From an uncultured Clostridia bacterium (GTDB taxonomy: Bacteria; Bacillota; Clostridia; Oscillospirales; Ruminococcaceae), in NCBI GenBank assembly GCA_945833805.1, contig CAMAGG010000001.1:1-49421 (forward strand): 49,421 nt of DNA, written 5' to 3'. Below, piece after piece: positions 17,890 through 27,375 of the stretch. Numbering within the stretch: the first letter of the stretch is position 1; each line of letters begins with the position of its first letter. Under the pieces are notes generated by a model. That model ran no database searches, was not told the DNA's origin, and was given only the letters and a program-made list of their open reading frames with translations. A program made the translations under genes and the position numbers.

Positions 17890-17978
17890 GGAGACGCTGA
17901 TTAAAACAAAATCGCCCCGTTCAAACGCGCATACTCACGCGGCTGATTTTGTTACGCTTCGCTTTAATCAGCTTATCC
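17890..17978. mobile_element. MITE family A, copy 2 (89 bp)
   Basis: Identical to 7772-7860. CTAA direct repeat at 17886-17889 and 17979-17982 (reverse complement of the TTAG target of copy 1). Confidence 0.85.
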
Positions 17979-17981
17979 CTA

Positions 17982-18010
17982 ATACTGCCACAAACCGCAT
18001 AAATAGTCAA
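17982..18010 (-). promoter_or_regulatory. Weak SigA-like promoter for the RACo-like gene, abutting MITE A copy 2
   Basis: TTGACT-N17-CAGTAT with TGTG extension. Confidence 0.4.
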
Positions 18011-18036
18011 CCGCCCCTGATACGATTCAGGAGCGG
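18011..18036 (-). terminator. Hairpin after pyrB
   Basis: Minus strand CCGCTCCTGA-atcgta-TCAGGGGCGG with a short T tail. Confidence 0.5.
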
Positions 18037-18042
18037 AGCAGA

Positions 18043-19134
18043 TCATCTCAGCAATACCCTCTCGTCGCAGTACTCACAAATCATCATATCCCCATACTTT
18101 CTGAAGCTGCGCGGCAGATATTCCTCTGTCTGAGTAATGCACTTGGGATTTGTGCAGTGGCAGTCGCGATGAGTTACTCCCACCAGCAGCGGATTTGCAG
18201 TGAGCTGATTGTTCAGCGTTGTGAGTATCAGCGCCATTCTGACGTACATTCCGCATTTTGCCTGACGGAAATAAGCCGCGCGGGGATCCTCGTCAACGTC
18301 TACTTCGATCTCGTTCACCCTCGGCAGCGGGTGCATTACGATCATGTCCTTTTTCGCCAGCTGCATTTTTTCCTTTGTAAGGACGTAAATTCCTTTCTGC
18401 CGCTGGTATTCCTCCTCGCTGTCGAACCGCTCCCGCTGAATTCGGGTCATATACAGCATATCAAGCTCCGGCAGAGCCTCCTCTATTGTAGCGACCTCCC
18501 GGAACTCGCAGCCCCGCGCCTGAAGCACGTCCTTGATGTACCCAGGCAAAGCCAGCGACGGCGTGGATATCAGCACGAATTTATTGTTTTTGTAACAGGA
18601 AAGCGCCTTAAGGATCGAGTGAACCGTTCTTCCATACTTGAGGTCGCCGCAAAGTCCCACAGTCAGCCCGTCCAGCCGTCCCAACTCGGTTTTCAGCGTG
18701 AGCAGGTCTGTGAGTGTCTGGGTGGGGTGAAGATGACCTCCGTCTCCTGCGTTTATCACCGGACATTCTGCAGAAAGCGCCGCGGCTCTGGCAGAGCCCT
18801 CCTGATTGTGGCGCATTACAAGTATGTCAGAGTAGCTGCTGACGATCTTTATGGTGTCTTTCAGATTTTCGCCCTTTGCCACCGAGGAATTACCCGGGTT
18901 GTCAAATCCGATAATGCTTCCCCCAAGCCGTATCATCGCCGCCTGAAAGCTCATCTGAGTGCGGGTAGACGGCTCGTAGAACAAAGTTGCCATGATCTTT
19001 CCACGGCATTTGTCCGAGTAGCTATCCGGGCGCTCCATTATATCCTGAGCAAGCCTTATCATTGCGTTCCACTGGGAAACGCTGTAATCGTCCATATCTA
19101 TGAGATGATTGAATTTCTGGTTCAAATGTATCAC
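18043..19134 (-). CDS. pyrB: Aspartate carbamoyltransferase catalytic subunit with C-terminal PyrI-type Zn-binding domain
   Basis: FYEPSTRT, HPTQTL, GDLKYGRTVHS, TRIQRER, HPLP. C-terminal CTNPKCIT...CEYCD. Confidence 0.93.
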   Translation of the reverse strand: MIHLNQKFNHLIDMDDYSVSQWNAMIRLAQDIMERPDSYSDKCRGKIMATLFYEPSTRTQMSFQAAMIRLGGSIIGFDNPGNSSVAKGENLKDTIKIVSSYSDILVMRHNQEGSARAAALSAECPVINAGDGGHLHPTQTLTDLLTLKTELGRLDGLTVGLCGDLKYGRTVHSILKALSCYKNNKFVLISTPSLALPGYIKDVLQARGCEFREVATIEEALPELDMLYMTRIQRERFDSEEEYQRQKGIYVLTKEKMQLAKKDMIVMHPLPRVNEIEVDVDEDPRAAYFRQAKCGMYVRMALILTTLNNQLTANPLLVGVTHRDCHCTNPKCITQTEEYLPRSFRKYGDMMICEYCDERVLLR

Positions 19135-19159
19135 CTGTCCTCTTTTTTTCTAATATATC

Positions 19160-19188
19160 ATTATATCAGAACATCAGCGTTTTTTCAA
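19160..19188 (-). promoter_or_regulatory. SigA promoter of pyrB (short leader, no room for a PyrR attenuator)
   Basis: TTGAAA-N17-TATAAT with TGA extension. Confidence 0.7.
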
Positions 19189-19209
19189 TATATTTTGCAA
19201 AAAAACCAC

Positions 19210-19242
19210 AAAAAAAGGCGGTCGGAATAACCAGCCGCCTTT
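19210..19242 (-). terminator. Rho-independent terminator of the decarboxylase beta gene
   Basis: Minus strand AAAGGCGGCTGG-ttatt-CCGACCGCCTTT followed by a T run. Confidence 0.8.
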
Positions 19243-19254
19243 GTAATGTTTGAT

Positions 19255-20529
19255 TTATCCAAGAACACTCAGGAGAACACCCGCCGCAACTGCGGAGCCG
19301 ATAACACCTGCAACGTTCGGACCCATTGCGTGCATGAGCAGGAAGTTGGAGGGATTTGTTTCCTGACCGACCTTCTGTGAAACACGCGCCGCCATAGGAA
19401 CTGCGGATACACCGGCAGAACCGATAAGCGGATTGATCTTGCCGCCGGAAATCAGATACATGAGCTTTCCGAGCAGTACGCCACAGGCTGTACCTACGCA
19501 GAACGCGATAAGACCAAGCGCAATGATCATGAGGGTTTCAACCTTAAGGAAGTTCTGAGCAACCGCTGTTGCACCAACGGTCACGCCGAGGAATATCGTT
19601 ATGATATTCATAAGCTCGTTCGTAGCTGTCTTTACAAGACGATCGCATACTCCGGATTCCTTCATCAGATTGCCCAGCATCAGCATACCGACCAGCGAAG
19701 CCGCATCCGGAACGATGAGTGCTACGATAACTGTAACCGCGATCGGGAATACGATCTTCTCCAGCTTGGACACCTGACGGAGCTGACCCATCTTGACGGA
19801 GCGTTCCTTCTTGGTGGTGAGCAGCTTCATAATAGGCGGCTGAATTACCGGAACGAGAGCCATATAGGAATAAGCTGCGACCGCGATCGAACCGAGCAGC
19901 TCAGGAGCGAGCTTTGAGGTAAGGAATATTGCCGTAGGACCGTCCGCACCGCCGATGATAGCAATGGAAGCCGCCTGCTTCAGGGTGAATCCATCGCCAA
20001 GGCCAGTCATATTGATAAGGCACGCGCCGAGGAATGTGAAGAAGATACCGCCCTGTGCGGCAGCGCCGAGCAGGAAGCTCTTCGGATTTGCGATCAGCGG
20101 ACCGAAGTCGGTCATAGCGCCGATTCCGAGGAAGATGATCGGAGGATAGATACCAAGCTTAACGCCGAGGTACAGCATATCCAGCAGACCGCCCTCGTGA
20201 AGAACCTTTCCGTAGTCAAGGCTTACTTCCTTTGTGTAGGTAACAAGTACATTCATACCCTCCTCAACATATTCCGGTGCAAAGTAAGGGTTTGTTGAAG
20301 GGTTCCACAGCTCAGGGTGATACAGACCGCTGAACGGGAGGTTAGTCAGCAACATACCGAATGCAATAGGGAGCATCAGCAGCGGCTCGTACTGCTTTTT
20401 GATAGCAAGATAGAACAGTACGAAAGAAATAAGGATCATTATAATGTTCAGGTATCCGTCGCCAGTGCCGAATCCCGCAAATCCGGATTTGAGCGCCAGC
20501 GATTGTAAGGTGTCAACAAATATTTCCAT
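19255..20529 (-). CDS. Na+-translocating carboxybiotin decarboxylase beta subunit (OadB/MmdB/GcdB family)
   Basis: EPLLMLPIAFG, GAMTDFGPL, IIGGADGPT, AYSYMALVP, HAMGPNVAGVIGS. Confidence 0.95.
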   Translation of the reverse strand: MEIFVDTLQSLALKSGFAGFGTGDGYLNIIMILISFVLFYLAIKKQYEPLLMLPIAFGMLLTNLPFSGLYHPELWNPSTNPYFAPEYVEEGMNVLVTYTKEVSLDYGKVLHEGGLLDMLYLGVKLGIYPPIIFLGIGAMTDFGPLIANPKSFLLGAAAQGGIFFTFLGACLINMTGLGDGFTLKQAASIAIIGGADGPTAIFLTSKLAPELLGSIAVAAYSYMALVPVIQPPIMKLLTTKKERSVKMGQLRQVSKLEKIVFPIAVTVIVALIVPDAASLVGMLMLGNLMKESGVCDRLVKTATNELMNIITIFLGVTVGATAVAQNFLKVETLMIIALGLIAFCVGTACGVLLGKLMYLISGGKINPLIGSAGVSAVPMAARVSQKVGQETNPSNFLLMHAMGPNVAGVIGSAVAAGVLLSVLG

Positions 20530-20555
20530 GCGTTATTTTTCCTTTCTGTCTGTTC

Positions 20556-21071
20556 TCAGAACGGGCGGGTGTTCTCGCCGATTCCGGCAAGGCTCCATGC
20601 CGAGCGGGTTCTACTATCGCGGCGCTTAACGTTCCTAATGGTATAGGAGGTTCCTTCCTCCTCTGCATAAGCGGCGATCGCAGCGCTGATAACAGCCATT
20701 ATCTCCTCGTCGCTGTCATCAACAACCTCGGCAGTTTCTTCAACAGGAGCGGGTGCAGGTGCGGCAGCAGCGGGAGCGACAGCCTTGGCAGCCTCAGCCT
20801 TTGCTTTCTTTTTCTTATCCACACCCTTGAAGATAGTACCCAACAGCCAGAAGAAAAAGATCAGTATCGCCAGAATACAGAACACGATCAGAATACCGGT
20901 GATCGTGATAATACCCACGGAACCCCAGTAATCCGGGTCTTTTATCTGCTCGGAAGCGGTACCCAGCGCCTGAATGCGGTCAATAATGCCACCGGACGCC
21001 TCTGCTTCTGCTGCGCTGGCTGCTGACTCAACGGTTGCGGCAGCCGACAGAATGGAATAAGCGATGTTCAT
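20556..21071 (-). CDS. OadG / MmdD-family small subunit
   Basis: Single TM (GILIVFCILAIL), Ala/Pro linker, EIMAVISAAIAA, C-terminal SAW...G. Confidence 0.8.
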   Translation of the reverse strand: MNIAYSILSAAATVESAASAAEAEASGGIIDRIQALGTASEQIKDPDYWGSVGIITITGILIVFCILAILIFFFWLLGTIFKGVDKKKKAKAEAAKAVAPAAAAPAPAPVEETAEVVDDSDEEIMAVISAAIAAYAEEEGTSYTIRNVKRRDSRTRSAWSLAGIGENTRPF

Positions 21072-21132
21072 ATTAAGTCTCCTTTTTCACCGAAATCGCA
21101 AATCTCGCTTGTTCGGATTATCAATCAAATTT

Positions 21133-21161
21133 ATTATACTATATTTTAGTCAAAAATTCAA
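21133..21161 (-). promoter_or_regulatory. SigA promoter of the oadG-oadB-like pair
   Basis: TTGAAT-N17-TATAAT. Confidence 0.7.
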
Positions 21162-21266
21162 CCTGGAACTTTGTGTTTTTTTTGACAAAACATTTAAATA
21201 TTCTGCTCTTGTTTTTGGGCAAAATGTAAACACGAAAAAACGTCAACAGATGATCTGATTAATAAA

Positions 21267-21974
21267 TCAGCAAAAACCCCCGTCAACTCCAAGCACCTGA
21301 CCGGTGATAAAGCGGTTTTCCGCCAGCGCCCGCACTGCCTGAGCGACCTCCGAAGGTGCGCCGAGCCGGCAGACCGGAGTCTGCCCCGCAAGCTCCGAAA
21401 GCTCCTCTGCATTAAGATGAGAGCTGTTCATCGGGCTGTCAATTACCCCCGGCGCAACACAGTTCACAGTTATTCCGGAAGCGCCGAGCTCCCGCGCCAG
21501 CGCCTTTGTAAGCCCGATCACGCCTGCTTTTGCCGCCGAATAAGCAGACTCACATGCACCGCCGTATACTCCCCACACGGAGGAAATATTCACAACCGCG
21601 CCGCTTTTCCGGGAGATCATGGACTTCACCGCCGCCTGTGTCATATTGAAGCACCCGGTCAGGTTCACTGCCAGCATTCTGTTCCATTCCTCCGGAGTTA
21701 TATCGGTAAAAAGCTTTATCTGAGAGATCCCGGCATTGTTCACAAGCACATCAATTTTTCCGTATCTGCACAAAACCTGCTGTACCGCATTCTGAGCCGA
21801 CGCATGATCCGATATATCCGCCTGCACCGCCTCGCAGTGAAGCTCCCTGCAAAGCCGCTCAGCCTCTTCCCGGCGCGTGTTATAGGTTATTACCACATCG
21901 TCTGTTCCCGCAAATTCAGCGGCGATCGCGCTGCCGATTGCTCCGGTGCCGCCGGTGATCAATACTGTACTCAC
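21267..21974 (-). CDS. SDR oxidoreductase, FabG/YmfI-like
   Basis: TGGTGAIG, NNAG, YSAAK. SSVWG..GGACE resembles the YmfI subgroup. Confidence 0.85.
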   Translation of the reverse strand: MSTVLITGGTGAIGSAIAAEFAGTDDVVITYNTRREEAERLCRELHCEAVQADISDHASAQNAVQQVLCRYGKIDVLVNNAGISQIKLFTDITPEEWNRMLAVNLTGCFNMTQAAVKSMISRKSGAVVNISSVWGVYGGACESAYSAAKAGVIGLTKALARELGASGITVNCVAPGVIDSPMNSSHLNAEELSELAGQTPVCRLGAPSEVAQAVRALAENRFITGQVLGVDGGFC

Positions 21975-24334
21975 TTTCCGGTCACCGTAATTTCTTCGCC
22001 GTCCGTACCTAAGGATATCTCCGTCAGCGGACTGTCCGCGTGATCAATGATAAGCTCTGCGACCTTATCCTCAATATCGCTGCGGATAACTCTGCGGATA
22101 TCTCGTCCGCCGTACTTTCCGCCGTGTGACTTCTTAGCCACCGCAGAATAAACGTCATCGGATATCGCAAGCGAGATGCCCTTTTCCTTGAGCGGCGCGT
22201 CAAGCTCCCTTAGCATAAGCTTGGAGATCTCTGCGTAGTTTTCGACGCTGAGCGGCTTGAATACGATCACCTCGTCTATACGTGCGATAAACTCCGGTCT
22301 GAGGAAGTCCCGCAGACCCTTCATTGCACGCTCCTTGCTGACATCTCCCTCGGTTTTTGTGAAGCCTACGCTGTTTGTTCCGGTGGAGGAGCCTGCGTTG
22401 GAGGTCATGCAGATTATCGTATTCTCAAAGCTTACCGAACGTCCGTGAGAATCGTTTATCTTGCCCTCGTCAAGGATCTGGAGCAGTATATTCATTACAT
22501 CAGGGTGCGCCTTTTCGATCTCGTCAAAAAGGATCACCGAGTAAGGCTTCCTGCGCACTCTTTCGGTAAGCTGCCCTGCCTCGTCATAGCCCACATATCC
22601 GGGAGGAGATCCGATGATCTTTGACACGCTGTGCTTTTCCATATATTCCGACATATCAAGCCGGATAAGCGGCTCAACGGTGTCGAACATTTCCTTTGCC
22701 AGTACTTTAACAAGCTCTGTTTTTCCCACTCCGGTAGGGCCTACAAATATGAACGAAGCAGGTCTGCGCCGCTCGGAAAGCTGCACTCTGGTGCGCTTTA
22801 TCGCCTTGGCGACAAGCTCGCACGCCTCATCCTGACCGATAACGTGCGCCTTTAAGTTCTGCTCGAGGCTGCCGATGCGCTTGTATTCCGTTTCTCTTAT
22901 CTTATTCGCGGGAATACCCGTCCACAGTTCAATGACCTTTGAGAGATCGTCCATTGTAACCTCGACATTCTCCGCCTTGTCCTTCAGCTTATCAATGCCG
23001 TTCGTGGTCTGGGCGATCTGCATTTTCACGTCCGCCAGCTTCTCGTAATCTATTTCGCTCTCTGCCGCAATGTTGCTTTCTTCCGCGCGAAGCCCCGCCA
23101 TTTTTGACTTCAGCTTCTCATATTCGGTAATGTCCGGACTTCCAAGACTTGCGCAGGCGCAGCCCTCGTCCAGCAGGTCAATAGCCTTATCCGGCAGGAA
23201 ACGGTCGTTGATGTACCGTTCAGACAGCACCGCACAGGCTCTTGTTATCTCCGGGGAAACCTTTACCTTGTGATGCTCCTCGTAGTATTCCTTTATTCCG
23301 TCCAGCAGCGTGATTGTTTCCTCGATTGTCGGCTCATTTACCGTCACCGGCTGGAAGCGGCGCTCCAGCGCGCTGTCCTTTTCAATGTATTTGCGGTACT
23401 CGTTGAAAGTAGTCGCGCCGATAACCTGCAATTCTCCCCTTGAGAGCGCAGGCTTGAACATATTCGCAGCGTTCATCGTACCCTCTGAGTCGCCCGTACC
23501 CACAAGATTATGCACCTCATCAATGAACAGCATAACGTTTCCGGCGTTCTTGATCTCATCGATAAGCGCCTTTACGCGGCTCTCAAACTGTCCTCTGAAC
23601 TGGGTTCCCGCAACCAGAGCGGTCAGATCCAGCAGGTACAGCTCCTTACCCTGAAGCCTGAACGGGACATCTCCGCTCGCCAGCCTCAGCGCGATACCCT
23701 CGGCAATTGCGGTCTTTCCGACGCCGGGTTCGCCGATAAGGCAGGGATTGTTCTTTGTTCTGCGGGACAGTATCTGGATCACACGGTTTATTTCCTTGTC
23801 GCGTCCGATTATACGGTCGATCTTTCCGTCCTTTGCCCGTCGGGTAAGATTTGTGCAGAAGGTTTCCAGAGTCTTGCGCTTTTTGTCGGTCTTTTCCTGC
23901 TTTTTCTTCTGCTTCTTCTCGTCTGAGGTCTTTTCTGCGTCCTTTCCGTCCCCGCCGCCGAACATTTTATTGAAGAACTCCGGCATTATCCCCGCTCCGC
24001 CAAACTGGAACAGGCTGTCCTTGTCGTTTTCGCCGTCAGCGTCGTCGTTCTCCTCATCTTCATCATCGTCAGCCTTAAAGTTCGTGATATCCGCAAACCC
24101 CATATTTTTCAGCATCTCCGGGTCGGGATTGCCGTTTTCATCGAACAGCGCGTCATAAGCGTTCTCGAAATCCTCATCGGATATACCCATCTGCTTCAGG
24201 TAATCATTCACCTGCGGCAGACCAAGCTCCTTTGCGCACTTGAGGCAAATACCCTCGCTGCGGTGCTCGCTGCCATTGGAGGTAGAAATGAACACCACTG
24301 CAGGACGTTTCTTGCATCTGGAACACATCATCAT
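21971..24334 (-). CDS. Class I Clp/Hsp100 ATPase with N-terminal Zn finger (ClpE/ClpC-like)
   Basis: CSRC...CLKC N-terminus; two Walker A motifs ([16 protein letters not shown]); GSPPGYVGY; VGF ClpP-docking loop. Confidence 0.9.
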   Translation of the reverse strand: MMMCSRCKKRPAVVFISTSNGSEHRSEGICLKCAKELGLPQVNDYLKQMGISDEDFENAYDALFDENGNPDPEMLKNMGFADITNFKADDDEDEENDDADGENDKDSLFQFGGAGIMPEFFNKMFGGGDGKDAEKTSDEKKQKKKQEKTDKKRKTLETFCTNLTRRAKDGKIDRIIGRDKEINRVIQILSRRTKNNPCLIGEPGVGKTAIAEGIALRLASGDVPFRLQGKELYLLDLTALVAGTQFRGQFESRVKALIDEIKNAGNVMLFIDEVHNLVGTGDSEGTMNAANMFKPALSRGELQVIGATTFNEYRKYIEKDSALERRFQPVTVNEPTIEETITLLDGIKEYYEEHHKVKVSPEITRACAVLSERYINDRFLPDKAIDLLDEGCACASLGSPDITEYEKLKSKMAGLRAEESNIAAESEIDYEKLADVKMQIAQTTNGIDKLKDKAENVEVTMDDLSKVIELWTGIPANKIRETEYKRIGSLEQNLKAHVIGQDEACELVAKAIKRTRVQLSERRRPASFIFVGPTGVGKTELVKVLAKEMFDTVEPLIRLDMSEYMEKHSVSKIIGSPPGYVGYDEAGQLTERVRRKPYSVILFDEIEKAHPDVMNILLQILDEGKINDSHGRSVSFENTIICMTSNAGSSTGTNSVGFTKTEGDVSKERAMKGLRDFLRPEFIARIDEVIVFKPLSVENYAEISKLMLRELDAPLKEKGISLAISDDVYSAVAKKSHGGKYGGRDIRRVIRSDIEDKVAELIIDHADSPLTEISLGTDGEEITVTGK

Positions 24335-24385
24335 AGTTTATACCACCTTTATCTGAAATGATCCGGCAGCAGCCGGAAAGCTGAA

Positions 24386-25420
24386 TTACGAAAGGAAATT
24401 CAGGAATTCAAATCCATAAAAGAATTTGAAGATATATGTTGAATCGATCACAGTATCATTGATCAGCATAGCGTTTCCGCCGCTCATAGTAATTATGAAC
24501 CGCACGATTATGCAGATTATGAACACCGTCAGTAATCCTCTCACAAATCCCGCGCAGCCGCCGAGAAATCCGTTAAGGCTGCCGATGACCGGTATCTTGT
24601 TCACAAGCTTCAGAGCCGACGCGATTATCCCCAGCAGCGCGGTCACAACAATGAAAATACCGGAAAAGATAAACGTTTCCGCCATCATAATGAAGGTCGG
24701 GCGGATTATATTGTCCACCACCGCCGTTTTAACGGACGAAGAGGTATTTATCATCGTCAGCACAAGCGAACGTATCGCAGACATCTCCCCGCTGTTTATG
24801 CTTTCCGCCGTGCTTCCGAAGAACGCCGGGACAGCATTGCCGATCGTGTCGGTATACTCGGTTATGCTGACAAACGAGGGGCTGTTCTGGAGCTTAACCG
24901 CGATAACCTGCGCAGTGACCAGCTTTCCAAGACCGTTGGCGTTTATGTCCGCCATTGTGAACTCCGCAGTCTTGCCATTCATCGCCGAGAGATCCTCCGT
25001 GCCGTCAAAGCCGAACATACTGAGATCCGCGTCCGAAAAACCAGTCCCGGTGAGATCTACCTCCGACAGCTCGAAAATCACCTTTCCTGTTCCGGCATAA
25101 TCCGGAGTTATCTCACCGACAGGAGTGCCGGAGATCTTCACCTTGCTGTAATCCATGTCCGAAAGCCCGCTCAGCGTGAGCTGTCCCATGCTTTCGTCCA
25201 TTGTATCGCTCACCGCAGCTGTTATCGGCTCCTCCACCATTGAGGAATAGACCCATTCCGCCGCCGGCTTGCTGAAAGTCAGTGCGCAGAAAAAAGCAAC
25301 GAACACCGCCGCCATTCCTACCACCGTGCTGACAAATCCCTTGCGGCAGCCGCTGAAAACCGCAAAGATCAGTACCGCCGCAATTATAATATCATATACA
25401 ATTGCAAACTGTGAACCCAT
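24386..25420 (-). CDS. CvpA-family membrane protein with large soluble insert
   Basis: N-terminal D.II.....F..G.RKGF and C-terminal KIPVIGSLNGFLGG..G..RG patterns. Confidence 0.75.
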   Translation of the reverse strand: MGSQFAIVYDIIIAAVLIFAVFSGCRKGFVSTVVGMAAVFVAFFCALTFSKPAAEWVYSSMVEEPITAAVSDTMDESMGQLTLSGLSDMDYSKVKISGTPVGEITPDYAGTGKVIFELSEVDLTGTGFSDADLSMFGFDGTEDLSAMNGKTAEFTMADINANGLGKLVTAQVIAVKLQNSPSFVSITEYTDTIGNAVPAFFGSTAESINSGEMSAIRSLVLTMINTSSSVKTAVVDNIIRPTFIMMAETFIFSGIFIVVTALLGIIASALKLVNKIPVIGSLNGFLGGCAGFVRGLLTVFIICIIVRFIITMSGGNAMLINDTVIDSTYIFKFFYGFEFLNFLS

Positions 25421-25439
25421 AATTATCTCCTTATTCCCA

Positions 25440-26570
25440 CTAGGTCAGTGTCACCCGCTGAACCATGTTATAGCCCAGAAGATACGCGTTTCCACCAATT
25501 ATTATCATATCTGAATAATCATCGTCCAGCTCATACGCCGCCTTTTCTTCAAGTGCGCTGTCATATCTTGTGAGCCTGCGTCCGGACAGCACATACAGAC
25601 TGTCCCCATAAGTTCGCACTCTTTCCGTATCCTCAAGCGAAAGCGCAGCGGAAACCTCCAGCGTGCTGCTGTAAACCGTCAGCGCCTCTCCGCCTCCGCT
25701 GTCCTCCAGCAGCACCGCCCGGATATCTCCGGAGGGTATCTGCGAAACATTTTTGAGGAACGAGGTTTCAGCGGTAATTTCCCCGCTGACCCAGTCAAGG
25801 AGCTTCGCTCCTCCCGCAGTTACCGCAAATATTCCGTCCTGCGAATACTCCATTGAAAACACCATATGCGAACCAACGTAGGTCTGCCAGATGCTGCCCT
25901 CGGCATTGTCAAGATCAAACCGAATAATGTAATACTCCAGCTCGCCGTTCTCCGCACCGCAGATAGAAGCGTAAATGCTGCCGTCATCGTCCGAAAACTC
26001 CACCCGGTCGATAAGATACATCGGAGAAGCCCAGCGGAAGATCTGCTTTCCGTCGCCGTTAAATACATAAAGACAGTTGGAATACTTCGCGGATTTTGTG
26101 ACGACCGCGCAGCGCTCACTGTTTCCTATCTCAGCGAAATCAATGGTGTCCTCCGTGGAATTGCTGTACACCTCGCCGGAACGGGAATAAAACTTCATAT
26201 CCCTGCCGTTCCGGTCATAGATAAGGGCGCGCTTGCTGTTGCTCGACATCGCCGGATTCTGAAGTCCGTGCTGTATGTTGGCGATCATCGCGCCATCGGA
26301 ATTGTAGGTGTAGAAGTATGTATCCGTCAGCAGGCAGAAATTATCCCCAAGCTCGTCCAGAACATAGTCCGTGCTTCCCGGAAGATCCACCGGAAAGCCT
26401 CCCTTTCCCACGTCCAGCGCAGCGTCCTTGAGCGGCGCGATAATGCTCCCCCAGTTTGCGGCAATTATCACAACCGCAATGATTATCACTGCAAAAACAA
26501 TGAGATTGATCCCGAATTTTCTTGCAGCGCGTTTTCTCCTGAATCTGATAATGTCGTTTCTTTTATCCAT
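25440..26570 (-). CDS. Membrane-anchored beta-propeller-like protein (DUF5711-like)
   Basis: Basic N-terminus plus TM segment, repeated beta-rich blades, and position next to cvpA. Confidence 0.6.
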   Translation of the reverse strand: MDKRNDIIRFRRKRAARKFGINLIVFAVIIIAVVIIAANWGSIIAPLKDAALDVGKGGFPVDLPGSTDYVLDELGDNFCLLTDTYFYTYNSDGAMIANIQHGLQNPAMSSNSKRALIYDRNGRDMKFYSRSGEVYSNSTEDTIDFAEIGNSERCAVVTKSAKYSNCLYVFNGDGKQIFRWASPMYLIDRVEFSDDDGSIYASICGAENGELEYYIIRFDLDNAEGSIWQTYVGSHMVFSMEYSQDGIFAVTAGGAKLLDWVSGEITAETSFLKNVSQIPSGDIRAVLLEDSGGGEALTVYSSTLEVSAALSLEDTERVRTYGDSLYVLSGRRLTRYDSALEEKAAYELDDDYSDMIIIGGNAYLLGYNMVQRVTLT

Positions 26571-26614
26571 TCATACACCAGCTTTCCGCTGTATTCCACC
26601 CAAGCTGTGGTTCG

Positions 26615-27358
26615 TCAGTATCTTACCTCGTTGAGATAAAGCCCCTCCGGCGGGAGGGTTATCCCCGCAAGCTCCCTGCTGCCGGTTTCCAGCGCTCTCT
26701 GTACGTCCTCAAGGCTGCGCCTGCCCTCGCTGACGTAGATCAGCGTTCCGGCGCATATTCTCACCATATTATACAGGAAACCGCTGCCGCTTATGCGTAT
26801 TTCGCATATCGAGCCCTGTTTCTCTGCCCTGAAATCATATATCGTCCTTACCGTGGATTTCATTCGCGCCTTTCCCTCTGCGCGGCAGAACGCCCCGAAA
26901 TCATGCTCCCCGATAAGAAGCTGAGCTGCCTTGTTCATCTTGTCCAGATCCAGCTCGTAGGGATAGTGATACGCAAGCTTCTGCAAAAACACGTCCCTCT
27001 GCGGAGTGTTCGAGATGAGGTATACATATTCCTTGCCCTTCGTACAGTACCGCGCGTGAAAATCCTCCGGCGCGTTCTCACAGGAAAGCACCGCGATATC
27101 CGGCGGCAGAAGCGTATTCATGCCCTTTATAAAGCCCTCGCAGGGTATCCTGCTGTCAATATGGACATTGAAGCAGAACCGCCTTGCGTGTACTCCGGTG
27201 TCCGTCCTTGAACAGCCGTATATCACCGGGGCGGGAATCTTCAGCAGCTTCCCTATGCAGTTCTCCACGATCTCCTGAACCGTGACCGCATTCTCCTGCC
27301 GCTGAAAGCCGTGATATTCCGCTCCGTTATAGGCTATGAAGACCTTTAAATTCCGCAA
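26615..27358 (-). CDS. truA: tRNA pseudouridine(38-40) synthase
   Basis: YHGFQRQ, SRTDTGVHA, FHARY, GFLYNMVR, PEGLYL. Confidence 0.96.
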   Translation of the reverse strand: MRNLKVFIAYNGAEYHGFQRQENAVTVQEIVENCIGKLLKIPAPVIYGCSRTDTGVHARRFCFNVHIDSRIPCEGFIKGMNTLLPPDIAVLSCENAPEDFHARYCTKGKEYVYLISNTPQRDVFLQKLAYHYPYELDLDKMNKAAQLLIGEHDFGAFCRAEGKARMKSTVRTIYDFRAEKQGSICEIRISGSGFLYNMVRICAGTLIYVSEGRRSLEDVQRALETGSRELAGITLPPEGLYLNEVRY

Positions 27359-27375
27359 AAGATCACCTCGCGTCC

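Noticed and set aside
17884-17910. Possible hybrid promoter formed by MITE A (TTGTTT) and flanking TAGAAT
   Set aside because: Spacing is only 15 bp.
19135-19200. PyrR attenuator upstream of pyrB
   Set aside because: No PyrR binding-loop motif, and the promoter is too close to the start codon.
18157-19230. 357-aa plus-strand ORF antisense to pyrB
   Set aside because: Shadow frame of a conserved gene; no recognisable domain and His/Arg-rich antisense composition.
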